DNA of 64,000 bases from Clostridia bacterium (lineage in GTDB: Bacteria; Bacillota; Clostridia; Oscillospirales; CAG-272): positions 3,497-67,496 of the forward strand of contig JAFTKN010000010.1 of assembly GCA_017453255.1 (NCBI GenBank), in the 5' to 3' direction. This document shows, one piece after another, positions 59,401 to 64,000 of the stretch; within the stretch, counting starts at the first letter, position 1, and the number at the start of each line of letters is the position of its first letter. Made by a program: the position numbers and the translations under genes. The notes below the pieces were generated by a model. That model saw nothing but the letters and a program-made list of their open reading frames with translations. It searched no databases and was not told the DNA's origin.

Positions 59401-62400
59401 ATGATTTTGGAATTTATCGGCAACGCACCGAAAACAAAATACGTATCAATCGGAGTCAACGGCAACAATCTTGTTGACGACCTTGTGTTTATTATCGGTC
59501 GCAAGCAAGGTAAAAACGACTTGTACGAGTTTACCCCGAAAATTAAAATCACAACGTCCGAGAGGGATTTTGCCGAATACTCGGGCGACGACCTCACGGT
59601 CGAAAAAATCGAGGAGAGGGACACAATCAAGATTACATACGCCCTCCCCGAGATTGTAACAGAGCGCGGCAACGTCGATATGCTTATCGTGTTTGAAAAG
59701 GCTATCGAAGGCGGCGAGGTTAAGACGTGGCAGACTCTCCCGTTTAACATCAATTTTCCCGACGGTATCGACGAGTCGGACTCGATTATTGAAGCGTATC
59801 CGAATATCGTGCGCGAACTGAAGGCGGATACCAAAAAAGCGGTTGACGACTCCGCCTCCGCGGTATCCACCGCCAACACGGCAAAGAGTACGGCGGACGC
59901 CGCGAAAGCCGCGTCCGATAATGCAGTTGCAACCGCCAACAAGGCAAAATCTACCGCCGATAGTGTTACCGCCGCAGAGGCAAACCGCGTATCCGCAGAG
60001 AACGCAAGAGCCTCCGCAGAGGCGGCGCGCGTTACCGCCGAAAATCTCCGCTCTACCGCAGAGGGAACGAGAAAAACCAACGAGGACGCACGCAAGGCGA
60101 GCGAAACCGCCCGCGCCGACGCTGAAGGTGAACGTAAGGCGGCGGAAACCGCGAGGGCAAATGCAGAGTCCGCCCGTGCCTCCGCAGAGTCCACCCGTAA
60201 AACAAATGAAACGGCGAGAGGGACGGCGGAAACCGCAAGGGCGTCCGCAGAGTCAACGCGCGTATCGAATGAGAACACCCGCAAAAACAACGAAACGGCA
60301 AGGGGGACGGCAGAAACCGCCCGCGCCGACGCTGAAGGTAAACGTGCGGCGGCGGAAACCGCGAGGGCAAATGCAGAGTCCGCACGCGCCTCCGCAGAGT
60401 CCGCCCGTAAAACAAATGAAACGGCGAGAGGGACGGCGGAAACCGCAAGAGCCTCCGCCGAGGCGTCCCGTGTATCGGCAGAGTCCGCCCGCGTCGAGGC
60501 AGAAAATAAGCGCGTGGAGGCAGAGAACGCCCGCGCCGCTACACTTGCCGCTAAACTCGATAAAAGGAGCAACGACGGCAAGAAAACCGAGGCGTACGTT
60601 TATAACGGCGCGACGCAGAGCGCGAAGGAGGTAACAAACACCCCGACCGCCTCCGCAATCCCGACGTATAACGCAAATAACAACCTCAAAACCGACAAGC
60701 CTATCGACCCCGACGATTGTGTCCGCAAGGTCGATATTGCAAACCTTATTGAGGGTACGGACAAATACTTCGCGGCACTCCTCAACGATACCAACACAAC
60801 CGAAACGTTTAAGGCGTGGTACAACGCCGCAAACGACGGCGAAGTTACCCGTTATGCGTTACTCGAAAGGTTTTTCCGTATGCTCGCGCTTAACAACGAC
60901 CAAACGCACACGGTACGCTTTTACTCCTCCGCGGTATCCTCGGATAGCAAGGGTACGCCCCTTGATTGGCTCGCCGACAAGAAGGCGCAAGTCCTCGCAA
61001 CCGACGCGGGCGTTGTCGAAAACGCCAACTCTTGGCTTGACGCCGACGGTGTTACCCGAAAGGACGGCGAGGATTGGGCAACCGAAAACCGTATCACGTG
61101 GTACGTGCGTGCAAATGCGCTCTCGCTCGACGACGGCACAATGGACGTCCTTGCAATCGAGGGTGTGGACGATACCTTTGATATTACGGGAAATCTCGCG
61201 CCCGTTTACACCTTCCAACTCTCCCCGTGGTACAAGGAAACAGACGACGGCGAGTATCTTATCAAGTCTTGGCGTGCGAACTACGCCGAGGGATATGCAC
61301 CGTTTAACAACAACGTTGATTTTGACGGCAACCCTCGCGCCCTCACGTGGCACGCGTCCTTCGGCGGCGTAATGACCGACGACGGCACAAAGTTGACAAG
61401 TGGCGCACATCGTCGCCCGAAAAATTACACCTCCTCCACCGCGGCGTTGACGCTTGCTCGCAAGTGGAACGCAAACGAGGCGGTCGGAGCGGACGCAAAT
61501 GCAAAATGGGCGTTGTCCGAGTGGCAACACCGACACTTCAACAAAGAAAACTCGGATATTGCAAACGGTTGTTTGTACTACAATTTCCAACACAAGGTAT
61601 CCGTTGCCGAGGCGGACACAATGCGCGTTATTGTGACGGCGGCGCAGATGTCGAGTTATATTGTCGGCGCAAACGTTATCGTCGGCGACAACTCCGCAGA
61701 AAGCACACCCGACCGCGGTGTTGCGGCGGCGTACAATCTCTCAAAACACGCCGTAAAAGTCCTCTCGGTCGAAACGGTGGAAATCGACGGTGCGTCGTAC
61801 GGTGCAATCACTCTCGACCTTGACGAGCCTATCACCACCACCGCGACAACGTGGGTATCCTCCGCACCGTGGGATACGGGAGAAACCGAGAAAATCTCGG
61901 GCAATCACCTTGACGGGTCGCCCGTGTCTTTGACGTCGCAGAAATACCCGCTCCGTGTTGCGGGTATGGAGGTTTTAATCGGTGCGTACTTTATCGGCAT
62001 TGACGTCCTTTACAACGTTACCGCAAACCCCGACGGCGGTTTTAATTACTCCGTATTTGAGTGCCGCGACAGTAAGTACATCGCGGGCAGTATCAACGAA
62101 AATTACATTGATACGGGTATCCGCCTTGAAGGCGTACCGAGCGGTTGGGGATACGTGAAGGATTTTGTCAATACCAACGCTCCCGTATTATTCCCGCAGA
62201 CCCTCGGCGGCTCGTCAACGGGTTATTACAAGTCCGCCTTCTACGGGGCGACCTCCGCGGGCGTCCGCTCTCCGTGGCGTTTCGGTAGCTTGGGCTATGG
62301 TGTCACGGTTGGCGGTCTTGCTTGTGAGACTGGTCACTATGCTCCGTCGTACTCGCATTGGATCGGCGTGCCGTGGCTTACAGGAGCGGAGAAAAAGCGG

Positions 62401-62427
62401 GGTGAATGGTTAGGCGGCAACGCCTAA
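59401..62427 (+). CDS. Receptor-binding tail fibre; DGR target
   Basis: BppU-like N-terminus, heptad AETARAS stalk, C-terminal variable repeat (SPWRFG...GGLAC...W.GVPW). Confidence 0.88.
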   Translation: MILEFIGNAPKTKYVSIGVNGNNLVDDLVFIIGRKQGKNDLYEFTPKIKITTSERDFAEYSGDDLTVEKIEERDTIKITYALPEIVTERGNVDMLIVFEKAIEGGEVKTWQTLPFNINFPDGIDESDSIIEAYPNIVRELKADTKKAVDDSASAVSTANTAKSTADAAKAASDNAVATANKAKSTADSVTAAEANRVSAENARASAEAARVTAENLRSTAEGTRKTNEDARKASETARADAEGERKAAETARANAESARASAESTRKTNETARGTAETARASAESTRVSNENTRKNNETARGTAETARADAEGKRAAAETARANAESARASAESARKTNETARGTAETARASAEASRVSAESARVEAENKRVEAENARAATLAAKLDKRSNDGKKTEAYVYNGATQSAKEVTNTPTASAIPTYNANNNLKTDKPIDPDDCVRKVDIANLIEGTDKYFAALLNDTNTTETFKAWYNAANDGEVTRYALLERFFRMLALNNDQTHTVRFYSSAVSSDSKGTPLDWLADKKAQVLATDAGVVENANSWLDADGVTRKDGEDWATENRITWYVRANALSLDDGTMDVLAIEGVDDTFDITGNLAPVYTFQLSPWYKETDDGEYLIKSWRANYAEGYAPFNNNVDFDGNPRALTWHASFGGVMTDDGTKLTSGAHRRPKNYTSSTAALTLARKWNANEAVGADANAKWALSEWQHRHFNKENSDIANGCLYYNFQHKVSVAEADTMRVIVTAAQMSSYIVGANVIVGDNSAESTPDRGVAAAYNLSKHAVKVLSVETVEIDGASYGAITLDLDEPITTTATTWVSSAPWDTGETEKISGNHLDGSPVSLTSQKYPLRVAGMEVLIGAYFIGIDVLYNVTANPDGGFNYSVFECRDSKYIAGSINENYIDTGIRLEGVPSGWGYVKDFVNTNAPVLFPQTLGGSSTGYYKSAFYGATSAGVRSPWRFGSLGYGVTVGGLACETGHYAPSYSHWIGVPWLTGAEKKRGEWLGGNA
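60103..60450 (+). repeat. 210-bp-period duplication within the heptad stalk
   Basis: GAAACCGCCCGCGCCGACGCTGAAGGT... recurs at 60103 and 60313. Confidence 0.85.
62234..62381 (+). repeat. DGR variable repeat (VR)
   Basis: 148-bp match to the TR with 15 differences, all opposite TR adenines. Confidence 0.97.
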
Positions 62428-62496
62428 ACAGAGGGGCAAGACCCCTTATAATGCAAAAGCAATCTAAAATTAAATAGGGTGTTATGTTGTGGCGCG

Positions 62497-62644
62497 CCGC
62501 CTTCTACGGGACGAACTCCGCGGGCGTCCGCTCTCCGTGGCGTTTCGGTAACTTGAACAATGGTGTCACGAATGGCGGTCTTGCTTGTGAGAATGGTAAC
62601 AATGCTCCGTCGAACTCGAATTGGAACGGCGTGCCGTGGATTAC
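62497..62644 (+). ncRNA. DGR template repeat (TR), part of the DGR RNA
   Basis: AAC/AAT-rich copy of the VR (offset 263 bp), followed by a hairpin-rich spacer (~62680-62800) before the RT. Confidence 0.95.
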
Positions 62645-62855
62645 TGATTTTATTATTGACCTATAAAAGGTTATAACTTCATAACGCCCTTGCCGCAAGG
62701 CTAAAATCAAGGAAAACCGCAATCCCCGTCAAACGGGAGCGTGCGTCTTTTAGAGGCGTGCGCGGGGTTGGTAGTAATACTCCGCCTATCTGCTTTAAGA
62801 GTGGCGGTCAACCGAAAACCCTTTGTCTATAAAATCAGTAAGCGAGGTTGTATTT

Positions 62856-64000
62856 ATGAAACAAAGATACCGAGAGTTGACCGACGCGTTATGTTTTCGC
62901 GCCGTCCGCGATTGCTTTAAGGGCAAGTGGGCGCGCCGCGACGTATCAAGCGTCGTCGAGGAATATGCGGGCATATCCAAACGCGCGATACTTGCAGAGC
63001 AAGCACAAGGCGGTAAATGCGCCCTCAAAAACGAGGCTATTGTCAACATCGGATACGAGATACAAAATCGTTTAGAACGGTTACTCGACGGCGACGAAAA
63101 CGCCCTCGAACTCGACCCCGTCGTTTTTCGATACGAGAAGGACGGTATGAGTCAAAAAGTACGTAAGATTGCTTATTGTTGTATATTTCACCAAATTTTC
63201 GACCACCTTGCCGCGCTTGCGCTTATGCCGCCATTTCACGCGAAAATATTGCCGTGTCAATATGCGAGCATACCAAACCGCGGACAAACGGGGTTAAAAA
63301 AGCACGTTGTAAAAATCCTCCGCAAAAAGTCCTCAAATATCCGATATGCCAAAAAGACCGACGTTACACACGCGTACGAAACGACGATGTACTCCGTCAT
63401 TATCGAGGTTATCGAAAAAGAGATACCGTCGGCGACGTGGATAATCACGCTATTAAAGGCACTCGCGCGAATGTCGCCCGAAGGTTGCCTTATTATCGGC
63501 GGATACCTTGACGCGTGGTTGTTTAATTACCTTATGTCTTACGTCCTACGTTATGCCCTCGGACAGAGCAAGGAAAAGCGAGGCAAGAAAACGTACTTGA
63601 TAAAAGCGGCGGTATCCTTTATGGACGACTTCGGGTATTTTGGGAGTCGCGAGGCGGATATTAACCGCGATGTCCGAGCGGTCAACGCCTTTTTGGGGTG
63701 TCAAATGCAACTCGGACTCAAAGACGGAAAGAAAACCGCATTTTTGAGTTTTGAGGAGGAGAAAAAGCGACGATGTAAGCCGTCGCCCGCGGCGCGCGGT
63801 TGCCCTTATTTTGACATAGGAGGCTATCAAGTACACCGCGGATATGTAACGATACGCAAACGAATATTTTTGCGCTTGCGGCGTCAATACTTGCGTGCGG
63901 CGGCGGAAGTAAGCAACGGAGGCTCGATGTGTTTGCAACGCGCATACGCGATTATTGCGTATTACGGGTATATTAAAAACTCGCACTCAAAGCGCGTCGC
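62856..64000 (+). CDS. DGR reverse transcriptase (runs off the window)
   Basis: Manual translation from ATG 62856: KVRKIAY, QYASIPNRG, KTDVTHAY, LIIGGYLDAWLFN, FMDD (63618-63629), FDIGGY; no stop before 64000. Confidence 0.93.
   Translation, partial: MKQRYRELTDALCFRAVRDCFKGKWARRDVSSVVEEYAGISKRAILAEQAQGGKCALKNEAIVNIGYEIQNRLERLLDGDENALELDPVVFRYEKDGMSQKVRKIAYCCIFHQIFDHLAALALMPPFHAKILPCQYASIPNRGQTGLKKHVVKILRKKSSNIRYAKKTDVTHAYETTMYSVIIEVIEKEIPSATWIITLLKALARMSPEGCLIIGGYLDAWLFNYLMSYVLRYALGQSKEKRGKKTYLIKAAVSFMDDFGYFGSREADINRDVRAVNAFLGCQMQLGLKDGKKTAFLSFEEEKKRRCKPSPAARGCPYFDIGGYQVHRGYVTIRKRIFLRLRRQYLRAAAEVSNGGSMCLQRAYAIIAYYGYIKNSHSKRV

Larger units (their letters stand above)
32440..64000. mobile_element. 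Siphovirus-type (HK97-fold) prophage with DGR; right end outside the window
   Basis: Serine integrase, CI/Cro switch, terminase, portal, protease, capsid, tail tube, tape measure, tail fibres, RT; distinct composition. Confidence 0.97.

Noticed and set aside
62484-62666. 60-aa ORF spanning the TR as a separate protein or avd
   Set aside because: It is simply the in-frame TR (N-rich copy of the VR peptide); too short and unlike an Avd helical bundle.
1-64000. tRNA, rRNA or CRISPR arrays; endolysin
   Set aside because: None recognised by eye; the lysis enzyme and attR probably lie beyond the right edge.

Overview
The window has two sharply different halves from a Bacillota (Clostridia-like) genome. 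Left half (1 to ~32,440, AT-rich): accessory genes (SGNH hydrolase, HD protein, OmpR-type two-component system with small membrane proteins, cardiolipin synthase, TPR + DUF4037 pair, TfoX, MATE). These are followed by three modules, each preceded by a copy of a ~30-bp motif: a HipBA-like pair; a structured ~180-nt RNA + atypical RNase III + HTH; and a ~16-kb defence island. The island holds a DISARM class II-like operon (C5 MTase, AIPR, DrmE-like, NERD-helicase, DrmA, DrmB) plus an HTH-fused C5 MTase with a PLD-type restriction nuclease. Right half (~32,440 to the end, much more GC/CpG-rich): a siphovirus-type prophage inserted by a serine integrase into an apparently truncated gene. It carries a lysogeny switch, a HUH Rep-like replication gene, a radical SAM protein, a Dam-like MTase, an HK97-type head and a long non-contractile tail. 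It ends in a diversity-generating retroelement: tail-fibre VR 62234-62381, TR 62497-62644 (15 mismatches, all at TR adenines), and an RT from 62856 running off the window, missed by the ORF track. By eye the prophage is essentially free of GATC, AGCT and CTGG/CCAG, except inside the mutagenised VR. All assignments come from motif recognition by eye; no database search was run.
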